DNA from: Bugula neritina
Taxonomy: Eukaryota; Animalia; Bryozoa
Length of the DNA: 64,000 nt
Direction of reading: 5' to 3'
Assembly (NCBI GenBank): GCA_964035545.1
Contig: OZ037766.1
Location: 3,348,001 to 3,412,000, forward strand
The notes beneath the pieces were generated by a model that saw only the letters and a list, made by a program, of their open reading frames with translations, did no database searches and had not been told where the DNA came from. A program made the position numbers and the translations under genes. Shown here in pieces: positions 1 through 12,962 of the stretch (position 1 is its first letter; each line of letters opens with the position of its first letter).

Positions 1-1991
1 TGTTTCCAAATAAGATGCATTCGTATTAAATAACTAATATAGCTTTGTCCACGAGCTTTCAAATTTCACGAGATTTAAGTTTGCTATAATAAACAGAGTA
101 TACCTTGCCAGGTTGAACATGTACTAAGTATAATACAAAACAGATAATCTTCGTTGATTGGGCAGGTTTCACTATTTATAAATTGGCAAAATGCTCCTAG
201 ATTACAGGTTCTGGAATTTTATATTGCGTAGCTAAAAATTCTTTTTTAAGAAAAATTAAGGAATTTTAGACATAAACTGAACTTAACTGCATGAATATCT
301 AATCTCAGCTACAACAGCTACAACAGAAGGAGCTCATACAGTAGCCACAGACCTATACACATGCAGGGTTTCTTACAGCAACCATGCAGTACTAAAAATC
401 TGGTAAGTTGTTAATTGGAGCAAAATTGCCTTGAGTAATTTAACATTAATCAAAAATACACTAATGTATATATTATAAGCACAAAACATGTCTAAAATTT
501 TAAAAAATATTTTAATAAATTATTACTTTGCTATACCTCCTTATATGCTAGCCTTTTTCGAGTTTTAAATTATCAAAAAATATAATCTCACATAAATTGT
601 AAATGTATCACACCATAAATGAAAATAACCTATTATTTCATTTTTATTTGCACATTATGTTCTGTGCAAATTTTGAGTAAAGTTTAAATGATCCAACACC
701 AGCTCTTAATCTCAAAATGCAGAATAATATATATAATGTTTTTTGGTTAACAGGCTTTAGAAAATGGGTGGAAGGCAGAAATAATAAAGATTTAGAGAAA
801 CTGACTTTTCAGGATTATGGAACCTGATCATGGATCATAAAATTAAATTCTTTAACATTAAAACTTCTTGTTTGTTGTTTTTTATTTCATATTCACTCAA
901 ACTGTTTCTTATTATTTTCACCTTTTTAAATTGTTATTAACTGTTATACTTTTTTTGACAAATAAAATAATTAAAACAAACATAACCTATACAATTGCAA
1001 TAAAATTATGAGGCAATCAAAATGATTAGCAAATCAATGTAATAGCTAGGATATACAATTTGCATGCTATAAACTATTATTCTAATTATTAAGGTAAAAT
1101 CTGTATACAAGTTTATTAGAATTATTTGATCTATAACTTTCAAATAAGACCTTATTCTGATCAGTTTTGCCTATTACATATACATAAGTAGCTTGTAAAA
1201 ATAAGCATGAAAACAAAAAATATAAATTCATCATCTAAAAAAATTACATATTCAAAATATTATATATTTATTTATGACAAATATTATGCTTTAGCAATAA
1301 TATTAATCTAAAAGAATATTCATACAGTTGGAAGGCTAGTTTTATTACTATATCAGAGTTGTGTTTCCTTAACTCTGGTCTTAAAAAAATCAATTTTACA
1401 TGCTTCAATGGCTTTTAATGTCAAACAAATCATTTTCTGCATAAGTTTTTAATATGACTCATGAAAATTTCTTGGACATAAAATAAATGAACTGGACTGA
1501 AACTGAGCTGAAATGAAAAATAAATGGACTGGTAAATACGTAATTCAACTAATATATGTGTGTCAATATAATATATGGAGCGGCAAGTGGTTTCAGTATA
1601 CCTATATATTGTATCTCATTATATAGGCTTACATGCAGTAAAGTATTTAGCCATAATTCTTCCTCATATACTCACAAAGCCATCTCATAGGTCCATATAA
1701 TTTGCTCTCATACCTATCATTATTTATGCTCTTATAGGTCTGCGGCTAATAGCAGAGATTTTACATTTATCATTTTATTCAACATTTTGAGCATATTTGC
1801 AGCTTAAAGAGAAAAACACAGTTTTTCTCTTAAATGCACAATTATTGGCTGCCAGTAAAAAAAGAGCTCAATAAGTCAGATATACTACTTTCAAGTTATC
1901 TGGTGAAAATGAATAATTACTGTATAACTATTAAAACAAATTTATTTAAAAATAATTATACTGTTGCTAGGTTTTTTAAATTCCATCTTAT

Positions 1992-1996
<5 letters not shown>

Positions 1997-2077
<81 letters not shown>
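1997..2077. repeat. (TA)n microsatellite
   Basis: Directly visible. Confidence 0.97.
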
Positions 2078-3743
2078 CAGAGTATAATAATATATCTGTA
2101 AGTAAATGCATGTCAGCAAATGACATGCATGTACTAAATTTTTGCTTGAGTGGTAATATTTTTATTTACATGCTGATTATAATGCATGCAAATTTTGTAT
2201 ATAATTCCCTATATGTGTAAGATTTTGACTTTGTGTACATGCAGACTGGTACTAGATCCGTGTCAATAGATGTTCTACAAAAGCTGCTGTCATTCGATGG
2301 TTGAGAAATTAAAGCTTCATTGCTGCCTGAAAATATCCTTCAATCGTTTATCGTACAATTCAATTCTATTCTATACAATAAAACTAATTCTCATTAACAT
2401 TGAAACAAATAGCAGTTCAAAAGCCCATTAGAATGAATTACACAATGCGTCAATTGTTATGCAAACATAACAAAACAAACTTTTTCTCACACCGCGGCGT
2501 TTTAATATAAGGAAGGGAAAAAATTTATTGATTTCAACTATATTATATAGTAACATGAGCATACTAATCTTTGCACGAAAGGCCACTCCTTAGCTTTATT
2601 AATTCTCCCAATTCCCATATAAATTATCTTTAACTGCTTAATGCTTATAGCTTTTATCAAAATCATAACACCATTCACTATTTAAGCCAGGAGCGTTGGC
2701 AGTTTTTAGATTTAGCCTTTATAGATTTATTCAATCTTTTCTTTGCATCTCGTTAAGGACTTCTGAACTCTAGCTAACCATTTTATTAATTGAAAATTAA
2801 TCACTGCAGGTATAAACTGATTCACCGCAGCCATGTGCATGGTTAGCAGAAAGAATAGAAAGTTTCTGTTTGAATGGTTCATTATTCTTCTCACTGAATA
2901 TTGTAATCAAGTATTATCATAGAGTAGGTTCAGTTCTTGTTTGCTACATGCTAATTATATCTTATACAAAGTTCCTTATATCACAACACTTCACGGCACA
3001 ATTGCATTCGACAAGATTACATTCAACTTTTATTGCTATGACCTAAAAAATGGTATGACCTAGTCAACATTTGTCCAAACATACCAATTATTATGGCTAG
3101 GAGCCTGGTGTTTGTAATGTTTTTTCAATGAATATTTTATCAACTAGGAAACTAATTCATGACTCAATACTGGTCGAATAAGCCTTTGAAAGTTATATAT
3201 AAAACAGAGAGTATAACACTAGGCAATGCATTAGTCTACATCCATTCAACTTGTAAAGAGGATTTCTCACATTACTTAAGTTTCAACTACTTATTTTATA
3301 TCTTACTGTGTATATATCACAACATTATACTGTATAGTTATATATATTATATACATACAAGCTTGGTAATAGAGCTTGCTGACAGCAATACTTATACAAG
3401 GAATAGAATCAACAAAAACATCACAGGTATGTGTAATATATACAATCATATAAATTTTATAACTATTTTTGCATTAAAACATGCCAATTTTCCCTCACTG
3501 AGATTAGAACCAAAGTTCTCTGGGTTACTTAAGCTATCGAGTTTACAATTACACTGCAAGGGCCACTGGGTAATCTCCAGGCTTTGTAATGAGACTAAAA
3601 AAAGGACACACTATAAGGCAGTTGGGGGTGTATATGCAATATAACAAAGTCTGTAACCAGACAATCTCATCATAAAGAAATTTGTGTTGAATACTTTTAA
3701 TGGCTATTTTTATTTACCTACTATACTCTTTTAGGCTACAGAA

Positions 3744-3890
3744 ATGGCAGAACCCAACACAAATCAGGAAAACCCTGATGATGGTGGAACAGAAGTGGAG
3801 GAAACTGAGCCTGTAATTAACAGAGTATTTGAAATTCAGGACAGCCGGAGTAGACTTATGACTCAAAATAAACTATCTTTGTTCCTATAA
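3744..3890 (+). CDS. Acidic micropeptide, copy 1 (type A), 48 aa: MAEPNTNQENPDDGGTEVEETEPVINRVFEIQDSRSRLMTQNKLSLFL
   Basis: ATG 9 nt after acceptor ctcttttAG (3733-3734); upstream donor CAG/GTATGT at 3427; TATATAAAA at 3196; AATAAA near 3950. Core is shared with 7 paralogues; versus copy 2, 9 synonymous and 2 non-synonymous differences in the first 20 codons. Confidence 0.8.
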   Translation: MAEPNTNQENPDDGGTEVEETEPVINRVFEIQDSRSRLMTQNKLSLFL

Positions 3891-4427
3891 TAAGCTGCAC
3901 AGGGTAGAAATGAAAATTTAGAAATTGGGATTTAAAAGCTAAAAAGACAAATAAAGCAATAGCTATAATGTCGCAAAAAGTTAGGATCGTGTTTTGTTAG
4001 AATATAATATACAATATGATCATTATTCTCTAGCATATCATATTTTGCCCAGTGTGTTGAATTTTTTTTAGCTATAAATGCTCTCCATTTGCAATTTTGA
4101 GACTAATATAGTGTAAGAGGCAGACTAATGATATTAAAAATAATCCACAGTCTCACAGTTGTATATATAAGTATATTTCATGTGTATCTTTTATATGTGT
4201 GTTTATTTTCTTCTACAATTCTAAAACATGCTTCACAAAAACTCTAATAGTTTATTTCACTGTTGTACTGAGCAATATTTATATAAACAGCTATAATCAA
4301 TAGTACAAAGTATGCTGTTATACATACAAACAAAATTATGAATAAGTTGGACAAATTGTGACTTGATGAAAATGGTTCTATATACATTGTATATTCCTAT
4401 AATAGCTTCTTATTATTGCAGCTTAAA

Positions 4428-5758
4428 CCAGCTATCGTGAGAATAAATGGTATTTATAAAATAGCAGCTACAGTTAATCGAAAACTTGCTAAAACGCATA
4501 TTTTGTTTTCTTTATTTATTTAATAAATTGCTTTTGACACAAATAAACAAAATTTTGGAATAATTATGAATTATTTTGACAAATTTTGACCAAGTGAGTT
4601 CATGCCTAAACCCACTATTGATTTTTACTTGGAGATCAACAGCTTATTGTTTATCGATTATTAAGAATGTATAATTGACTGCCTTTTCTTATTACAGGTG
4701 CCCGTAGCGATGCTGTGTGCAGATTTTATAACATTATATAGTACAATCATACATTGTATGTAGAACAATTTTTATTTTCCGATGGTTTCCTGTGACAAAC
4801 TTTAAACTGCAAGTTGTTTCTCTCATATGTGTGAAGGCTATGTGTAGAGAGTTTGGACTTGGTTTGACTGAGTCAACACTTTTCAAAAATCATTCACTCA
4901 CTGTATATAACTAAGAACAAAGGTTTTTGTAGATAGAAGATGGAGAGTACGATAATAATTTATGATAACATGCACATATAATATTTGTCTGTAGTAAGTG
5001 TTGCTATTGCAGCCATCAGTTCTTAATGGTTACTGTTGGTCCAACAAGGCCGATATTTTAATATGTGCTCTTCGGTTGAGCAACATGTTATTAACACTAT
5101 TAGTAGAGTGCAATGATGTGCATTTTGTGAAAACCTGATTTATATATCAAAACAATAAATGTAATTTTTGTTGTTTATGTGTAATTTATACATTAATGAA
5201 CACAAAATAAACATTAGTTATATTAATATTCAATGAACTATATTATGATAATAATTAAGAATCTTTTCTGCGTTCCAAGTAAGTTTAGGGCTAAAAATGG
5301 GACATGGTGTGCAGATTTTCATGCGAATAATATGCTGAGCTCGTGTGGGTTAATGATTTAATTGGCTGATTACCATTTGGTGAGCACACTATTTTTATTA
5401 CAATTTACGTTTTAGCTTTTAGAGAACTGAATTAAAACAGTTTCCTATAGTTTGCATTTCTATTTTTATAACAGTCAAAGTCACTTTGCCGATGACGTAG
5501 TTTAAAAACAAACGTTTCTAGGCGAGCAGTAAAGTTAGACTCCAAGATCATTAGCTAATAAATTTCCGCACTTACAACACACGCGTTGTGTGTGGCAACT
5601 AGGTCGCTTCCAGGACGAGATTTCAAAATTTTTGAACTCTTTTTGGATAAGCCACCTTGTGTGGCCCTGTATAGAGCGAAATGTATTATAGTGCAATGCA
5701 CAAGCAAAAATGTATCACAGCCATCTATTCTCATATCATTGTCATAATAATAGCTAGC
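4428..5758. mobile_element. Possible old 1.3-kb TTAA-site DNA element (second copy about 21057-23476)
   Basis: Left ttaa-accagctatcgtgagaataaatgg versus a degenerate right end ccatctattctca...atagctagc-tcaa; no empty site is available. Confidence 0.3.
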
Positions 5759-6352
5759 TCAACACTCAACATATGAATAGTTGGATTTACCCATGCATCT
5801 ATAATACGTGTTTCAGTATATGCATTGGAGGGAATCAAGAAAGTATTGTGTTGTCATGGTCATATAATATGTTGACTGGGTCAAAGGATCAGTTCAGCTT
5901 TTGCTCACTGTTCTGATACTGTGGCAAGCACCAAATCCAAATCAATTCATGATCCTTTATCCTACTTCCCTGAGCTAGATTAAACTATATATACATGTTA
6001 TATATACATGTTATGTATAAATAGTGACAGAACCTAAGTACACCCAGAGCAAGGCAGAGGTGTAAGGAGAGCAAATTACTACTTATTATTCAAGAATAAT
6101 TATATTTTCTACTATAGGAATAGCTATATCCTACTATAATATAATACAGGAATATATTCTTTGGAATAAGAATCATTGTATAGGTAACTATAGGAGAACC
6201 ACATTACAGCACGAAATTATATTATCAACTGCCCAATCAGGTGAGTAGAATAAGTAAGTTATAATATAATGGAGAAAAGATGTATAGTTACTATTTGGTA
6301 TGTTCTATAACGTTGCATTATGTAATAGAGTAATTATCTGGTGCAAATCTAG

Positions 6353-6557
6353 GAAGCAGCCGTGGTCTAGGGGTTAGAGCTTTTGCCTATTAGGCACAAA
6401 ATTATGGGTTTGAGCCAAATTTGTGATGTTAGGAAAAGCATGCAGTTATATAATTGCTCTTGTGCCTCATCTGAATAAGTTCTTAGTACAATTTAACAAA
6501 AACGTCTTCCATCAGGGGTTCTCACAGGGATGGTGACTATATAAACTTGCGTGAGTT
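6353..6557 (+). mobile_element. tRNA-derived SINE in the 5'-UTR intron of micropeptide copy 2
   Basis: A-box-like tggtctagggg, degenerate B-box gggtttgagcc; 19-bp TSD ttatctggtgca(a/t)atctag at 6334-6352 and 6558-6576. Confidence 0.78.
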
Positions 6558-6676
6558 TTATCTGGTGCATATCTAGCAATCAAATCTAGTTGGCACACAC
6601 TGTTTCAAGTTAATCCATTTTTGAGAAATTTTATACAAAATATCATAGAACATTATTTTATACTATAGTATACAAA

Positions 6677-6793
6677 ATGGCAGAACCTATCAAAAACCAG
6701 GAGAATCCAGATGATGGTGGTACAGAGGTAGAAGAAATTGTGACTATAAACAGAATGTCAGAAATAAACAACATCTGTGTCGGCAGAAACTGA
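6677..6793 (+). CDS. Acidic micropeptide, copy 2 (type B), 38 aa: MAEPIKNQENPDDGGTEVEEIVTINRMSEINNICVGRN
   Basis: Kozak-like aaaATGG; acceptor AG 6667-6668; donor CAG/GTGAGT at 6241; conserved core. Confidence 0.8.
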   Translation: MAEPIKNQENPDDGGTEVEEIVTINRMSEINNICVGRN

Positions 6794-8744
6794 AAGAAAA
6801 TAGGCTATACAGCATATTATGTAATAGAATGAATGAAAAAATTGACTAATTTCTAATATTCTCCATTATAAATTGTGCACTACAACTCAAAACTCAAGCT
6901 ATAATAGTTATAAGAATATATTAGAAATTAAGCTAACAATTTATTAAATCTCTAGGACCTATATTTTAGGTAATATGTGAATTGTAATAATTGCATGCTT
7001 ATAGTAAACTAGCTATTGCGTACCAGTGATCATTGGCATCCTTGCCTACAATAGTCATAACTTTCATGCTATCTGTGTTTTGTATGAGCATTGAATTTTT
7101 CTTTTAGTTTATGAAGTGATGCAATACTACATATAATACTGTTAGCTTTAAATTCGTTATTTTAACTGTAGCTTTATTTTCACTTTTCCATCTTTTTGTA
7201 TATATAACATGTAGAGATATTATTGTCAGCTACACATGAATAGCAGGGTGAATGTGAATATTAAAGTATAGAAAACTGATTTAGTATTCTTTGAATAATT
7301 GAATAGGATAATTGAATAGGATACAAAGAATAGAAAAACTGCTTAGGTAACTTTGCTTGGTTGAGTACACAAATAAAGTCAACACATAAGTGCTCTCAGA
7401 ATTTCGGAATAGATAGCTTAAAACTGCCAACTCCTGGTTTCTCATCTGAATAACACACCACATGACTCAATAAATAACAAATGACATCATTCTCTCTCTA
7501 ACCTCAGGTATTGTCAGTGTGTAAGAGTCTATTTGGAGTTGTGTTACCTTGAATTAGATGAGTTTCTTAAGAAAACCTTTCAAGTTTACACACTGCAATA
7601 TTTATATAAAACGTCTAACCTACACAATTCCATAACATTTCACTACACTGCACTCTATATGATACATATTTACATTTATCTCTCATTACTTTGGAGGACA
7701 TGCAATAAAACTGAACTGTTTCTTTCTTAGCAAAAACTACAATTACAGTTTTTTAAAGCTGCAGTATTGACTTGGTCAACATTTGTCAAACTCGTTCATA
7801 CTTTTCCCCATTCAAATAGACAAATATATGCTAAGGTTTGTTATTTTTATAATATTATAATTCACACTTTTCACTTCAATTAAATATATTAGGTCCGCTT
7901 GCATGATGCAAGTCCACTTGTCAATACTTACACCCCTATATAGGCTAACATCTTTAAAAAATATACTGTATTATAAGCTATATATTAGATAAGAGGCATT
8001 ATATAATGATTATTATAAGAATAAACTCTAGAAAAGAAATGATGATGCACTGCCAATATAATATTAGTATAGTTTCATCAAAAGCAAAATAAAACAGAAT
8101 AAATTAATTTATATGTTAATGTAAACAAATAAATGTAACATATATAACTAAAAACCATGCAAATGCAATAAAATATATGAGGACAGTAATCTGAACAGTA
8201 GATAATAATCCATAAGACTATGCTCATTGTCTTATGATTCTACATTGATAAACAGTGTCTTAACATTGGTAAGTAAGCTTGTCAAATAATTAATTTTATA
8301 TACCTTTATATATTACAACTGTTTTTTTATCCTGTATGTCTTCCTGTATTAGCCAATGCAATGCCTGTTTAGACAGTCTGAAAAAAAACTTTTTTTTGAT
8401 TAACTAACATACCTTACAGTCTAAGTCTTGTATCTAAAACCATTTTAGCCTAATTTACTAAATGTCAAAATGATCAAATAAATCATATAATAAATTTAGA
8501 ATTTGCCCACAAAGCTGTGCTATAATTTTTAGATTAAATAAATGTATATATTGAGAGATTCACCATCATATATGCCTACACAAAATTATACTTTTATAAA
8601 ACCTGAAATTTTATATTTCTCCTGCACTTTATTTTATAAACTCTCTGAAATATGATGAATAATGTTTAAATAAGAACAAATAACAATAATAAATAAACTA
8701 TAAGCCAGCCCCCAATAAAAAGAATATAATATAGACTTGATATA

Positions 8745-8796
8745 TGACTTGGTCAACATCTGTCAACTCTTGTCAACATTTGTCAAACTTGTTCAT
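8745..8796. promoter_or_regulatory. TGACTTGGTCAA followed by GTCAA at an exact 10-bp period (8752, 8762, 8772, 8782)
   Basis: Directly visible; homologues at 26471, 33002 and 38054 with different spacers. Confidence 0.55.
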
Positions 8797-10528
8797 AACT
8801 TTATACTTTTTTGCATTGAAATATTATTTTGCTTCTACATTTGTCTTTTTATTTTAAGATCAGCATAATAAGCAATGAAGTTGCATTCTATACTAAAAAC
8901 TTCCCTTTTTGTAAATTATTTGTCGTAAGACGGAAAATTTCTATATTTTAACTGTTGCTATTTTATACTTTTTCTTGACAGTGTATTGTTGTCGCCTGTA
9001 TAACAACAAATATTCGTGATGAATCATTATTATTAATTAAAATTTGCTTACCAAATAAATTTTAAAATTTTTTAGCATAAATCTATAAATTCTGATTGGT
9101 TTGTTGGTTTTTTTTTTAATTTGCTTATCTTATAGCCCAAAATTGAATATAAATGTATACTGAAGAAAATACGTACTTTAATTAAGGTATTATACAATTA
9201 CAAATAATCATGCAGACAATGTTTAGCTGGTAATAATTTGCAAAATGTTCAAGTTTTATTATTTGATCAATGATCAAAATCATGCAATAACAGCGCTGCA
9301 AGAGGTAAACTCATTTCATAATTTAATACCATCTATATAAGTTGCTCGAACATTATTATAGTATGATTTTTAGCCTAGATATTTAAAGTGGTGTTTTAAA
9401 TTAAACTTACATATATTGAAATACAAATCATCAAAATAAGTATTTAATAAATTGCAATTTCCTATAGACAGTTTATGTCCCATCTTAAATAAAAATAGCT
9501 TGTAACTCCCTATAATGCGTAGGGGCATCATATATCAGCATTATATATTTATATATTGTATACATTGTAACTCATCTATAGATGAGTTACAATTAATGTA
9601 CACTATAGGGCTTTCTAATATATTATTATGTTCATAGAAATACTTTAACAAAGTTATCTTCCCTTGATTTATTTTGTGCTACAATCAATAGATTTTTACT
9701 ATTGATAACATAGCCAAATAATTTTCTTAATAGAAAAACAACCCATAAGGATCTCTTGAGTTTGAAAACAATTACTTTCCAGCTCTTGAAAAATAATATG
9801 GCAGCTGTAATTGATATCTTTCAAAATCAATAAACCTATAAAATGTATGTTATATAGAAGATTTCAACAGATGTTTACAAAAATCTTTAAACTCATAGAA
9901 TAATGTTCAATATATAAATTTTGCAATAAACTGCACTGTTGCTATATAACAGCATTATGATTGTATATTAATTATGTCTTCCATATTTTATAGAATCAAT
10001 TTGCTGCAAATAAGTTAGTATCCATACACAAAATTATAAAAGGTAGTTTTATTTCCATATAAATTGCTGATCTATAAGGTGTAGTTCAAATTTTAATATC
10101 AAATTAGTCTAGAGTGCTACATTGTTGTTTACTATTTTTGATTTTGTTATTAAACCCTAATAATTATAGTCCACTGCAGCTATAATCCATTTCTTATAAC
10201 AAAAGCTACACTTTACAGCGACATGAATTCTGAATTCAAATTAATTTAATTAAAACGCTATGCACTTATATATTTTTCTTCTGCAGTATAATAATATATA
10301 GTTGTTCAATACTTGAGGTGAAGTCAATGACAGTTATATGTTTTACTTGTTCATAACTGAGGTATTTGGTTAAGCTAACATTTCATCATCTAAACGTTTT
10401 GCAAAGAGACTCAATGAGAGCTCAATAATTCGGTAAGTATTTTGAATAATCACACAGCCTAGCAATCTCTATTTCTTGTGCAGATTATATTTTCCTTTAA
10501 AATCATCAACTTTTAGCAACTATACTTG

Positions 10529-10910
10529 TGACTCAGACAATATATTTGTTGACTGAGTCAAAAGTTTAGATTCAGGAATGCTTCTAAACTATAATTATAC
10601 ACTTGTGTTTTAACTTATTCTTCAACAACTATGTATTGCAACGGTGTAATGCATTACAGGTTTATCATGGTTTGGGAGAGATTTGATTGGCCAACAATAG
10701 CAAACACATCACTTTATTGGTTATAGTTGACTGACATCACTGGGTTCATATATAAAACATATAGAATTGAAAGCAAGCAGCTGTGTATATTTACTACCTT
10801 TGGAGTATAGAGAAACAGACACATCTTTGAATACTCAATAATAACAATATTGTCACATCTTATAGTAAACATATAATTGGATAGTTCATGACTCAACAAA
10901 TACTGCAGGT
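10529..10910 (+). promoter_or_regulatory. Representative distal promoter/first-exon module: double palindrome, ATTGG boxes, TATA, non-coding exon, donor
   Basis: TGACTCAGACAA 10529 and TTGACTGAGTCAA 10549; ATTGG near 10686 and 10716; TATATAAAA near 10749; CAG/GTAAAA 10909. Homologues at about 28170-28570, 33200-33445 and 39190-39560. Confidence 0.55.
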
Positions 10911-11889
10911 AAAAACCTACACTATATATACTATATTATGTTATGATATATTATATTATATAGTATGTATTAGATAGGAAACACTAGTATACAGCATATT
11001 ATAGTATTAATAGTGATGAGTGTCCAGGTATTTAGATAAGATTTCCTAATAGAATACTGCCTATACCCTTTCTGTAAGTTGATGATATATAATATAGTCA
11101 CATTGGATATGACAAAATAGACAAAGTATATTCTAGCTTTTAGTAAATATTTTTAGGTGATGTTGCTCCCTCTTGCTACAGGCCAGCACCTCATGCTCTA
11201 ATGAATAGAATTGTGTTAGGCTACAGTCTATAAACAATTATAAGCCGCAGTGTCAATGTATAATAAGTGGGCTGAATCACTCACACACTAGCTGCAAAGT
11301 CACTACATTTTACTCTTAGCTGACATCTTATATGGCTCCTATAAATTTTTTTAAAAGGCAAGTAATGACTGATATTGCGCATGAGCAATGTTGGAAAATC
11401 CAATATACCATACAGTTACAAAACAGACAGAATTGCTCAACACCGTTTCATTGCCTTATCTGACGACTACATTACAATATTGTTGGATGACTTCCAATAA
11501 GGAAGTCAACTTGGTTTAAATCTGTCAGAGTATAGCTCACAACAATAGAGTTGTTTACTATAAGCTTACACCCCTCATCCTGACTTCCTGACTAGTGTTG
11601 CATAATATAGAAAAACCGGGTATTTCTTGCCTCAATTGATGAGCCAAAAGAAACATTAATTGTATGAAATTTTTTCTATTACAAAGCAATATACCATATA
11701 ATATATTTATACTCCTGTAACACTTAACTAACCGTACTTTTATAAAAACAAATCATACTTTTTATAGAATTATAAAATTATAAACAATGGCAACAAGTGT
11801 CGTAAAAATAAACATGCACTAGCTTATTTATAGTAAGCCATAGTTTAATAGGGTATATAAGTAACAATTGATCACCTAATCTTACAATT

Positions 11890-12145
11890 CTACTCAATCG
11901 CATCCGATCGCACAAGTTGGAAAAGCAAGCTATAAAATGCCATCTCACAGCTGCAGGGAAGAAAAACTTCTCAGTGCAGTTACTGAAAACAGGGCATGCA
12001 GAAGGGCTCAGGTCACCACCAACAGACCGGGTCCACTTACAAGTGTAACCTTTGTGGCAAGGACTACCACTTACACATTGGTCTGCCCAGCCACAGGCTC
12101 TGCTGCTCAGCCTAATCATAAGGTGCATTCCATGCGTTGGAATCT
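11890..12145 (+). mobile_element. RTE-clade LINE 3' fragment
   Basis: Degenerate reading ASDRTSWK...TYKCNLCGKDYHLHIGLPSHRLC, an RTE-type C-terminal C2H2-like motif; homologous to 41290-41670. Confidence 0.72.
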
Positions 12146-12845
12146 ACTAAACTTTCTGACAATCTATAATGATATAACTTGTCAGGCTACATGCAGTCTA
12201 CACACTTCTAGTAGTTTATATTGTGTTGTCCTGGTCAAACATTCTGTTGACTTGGTCAATCAATCTAGTGGGGGTTATTCCACGTTATGTGTGAGTTAAA
12301 TGGTGAAATACATTTTCCTATTGACAAACAAAGACAGTCTACTTTACTACATACTCATACTACTCACACTGGCTGCACTAATCCTTCATCACTTCATTCC
12401 ATTCATTTCATTCCAAGGGTGAAGTGAGCAAGCTATACTATACATGTTTACTATATCTGCAGGTAATGCTTTATAATTTATATTAATATAGGAACAGTAT
12501 AAAGCTATACCCTGAAACAGTGAATAGTCTGTAATAGAAGAACTATAGACGCAAACAAATAAATCCTAACAGTCACATTCAGCTCAGGTGAGTAAAATAA
12601 GTTCCTATATTATATAATACAGTGACGGTATATTGTAGTTAGATTGGTGTAATATGTTGGTTTATATAATATATGATATAAATTATAATATATAGATTGT
12701 ATATGTTTTCAGTAATAGAATACTCACCGCTATATTAGTTAACTCATTTATAGAGAAGTGCATACATCTTATTATAACATATTATCATTTTATACTGTAG
12801 CTGCAAATATAACAGCACGTGTTATACTTTATGCTGTAGTTCAAG

Positions 12846-12962
12846 ATGGCCGAACCTACCAAAAACCAGGAGAATCCAGATGATGGTGGTACAGAGGTAG
12901 AAGAGATTGTGACTATAAACAGGATGTCAGAAATAAACAACATTTGTGTCAGCAGAAACTGA
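12846..12962 (+). CDS. Acidic micropeptide, copy 3 (type B'), 38 aa: MAEPTKNQENPDDGGTEVEEIVTINRMSEINNICVSRN
   Basis: aagATGG; acceptor AG 12838-12839; donors CAG/GT at 10909, 12463 and 12588; TATAAAG at 12498. Confidence 0.8.
   Translation: MAEPTKNQENPDDGGTEVEEIVTINRMSEINNICVSRN

Noticed and set aside
1834-2220. 128-aa ORF with a YIYIYI run (also 32018-32245)
   Set aside because: Artefact of a (TA)n microsatellite; the frame is not conserved in the paralogue near 14716.
3159-3644. 161-aa ORF and its partner 16268-16549
   Set aside because: Similarity is due only to the A1/A2 duplication. The 5' part is disrupted in A2, and the ORF overlaps the predicted TATA box, first exon and intron of micropeptide copy 1.
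3783-3788. GG as a bacteriocin/RiPP double-glycine leader or ubiquitin-like C-terminus
   Set aside because: Eukaryotic spliced genes with no modifying enzyme or transporter nearby and no ubiquitin fold; residues after GG are as conserved as those before.
6680-6691. N-terminal AEPI as a Smac/Reaper-type IAP-binding motif (AVPI-like)
   Set aside because: Position 4 varies (I/T/N), type C has an MAS extension, Ala-Glu N-termini are usually acetylated, and the strongest conservation lies downstream.
7281-7463. Minus-strand ORF MRNQELAVLS... as a second peptide family
   Set aside because: Paralogous modules have early stops or frameshifts, so there is no protein-level conservation.
11778-12299. 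ORFs 11778-12128, 11937-12299, 30110-30322 and 41437-41637 as host genes
   Set aside because: Frames over decayed RTE LINE 3' ends.
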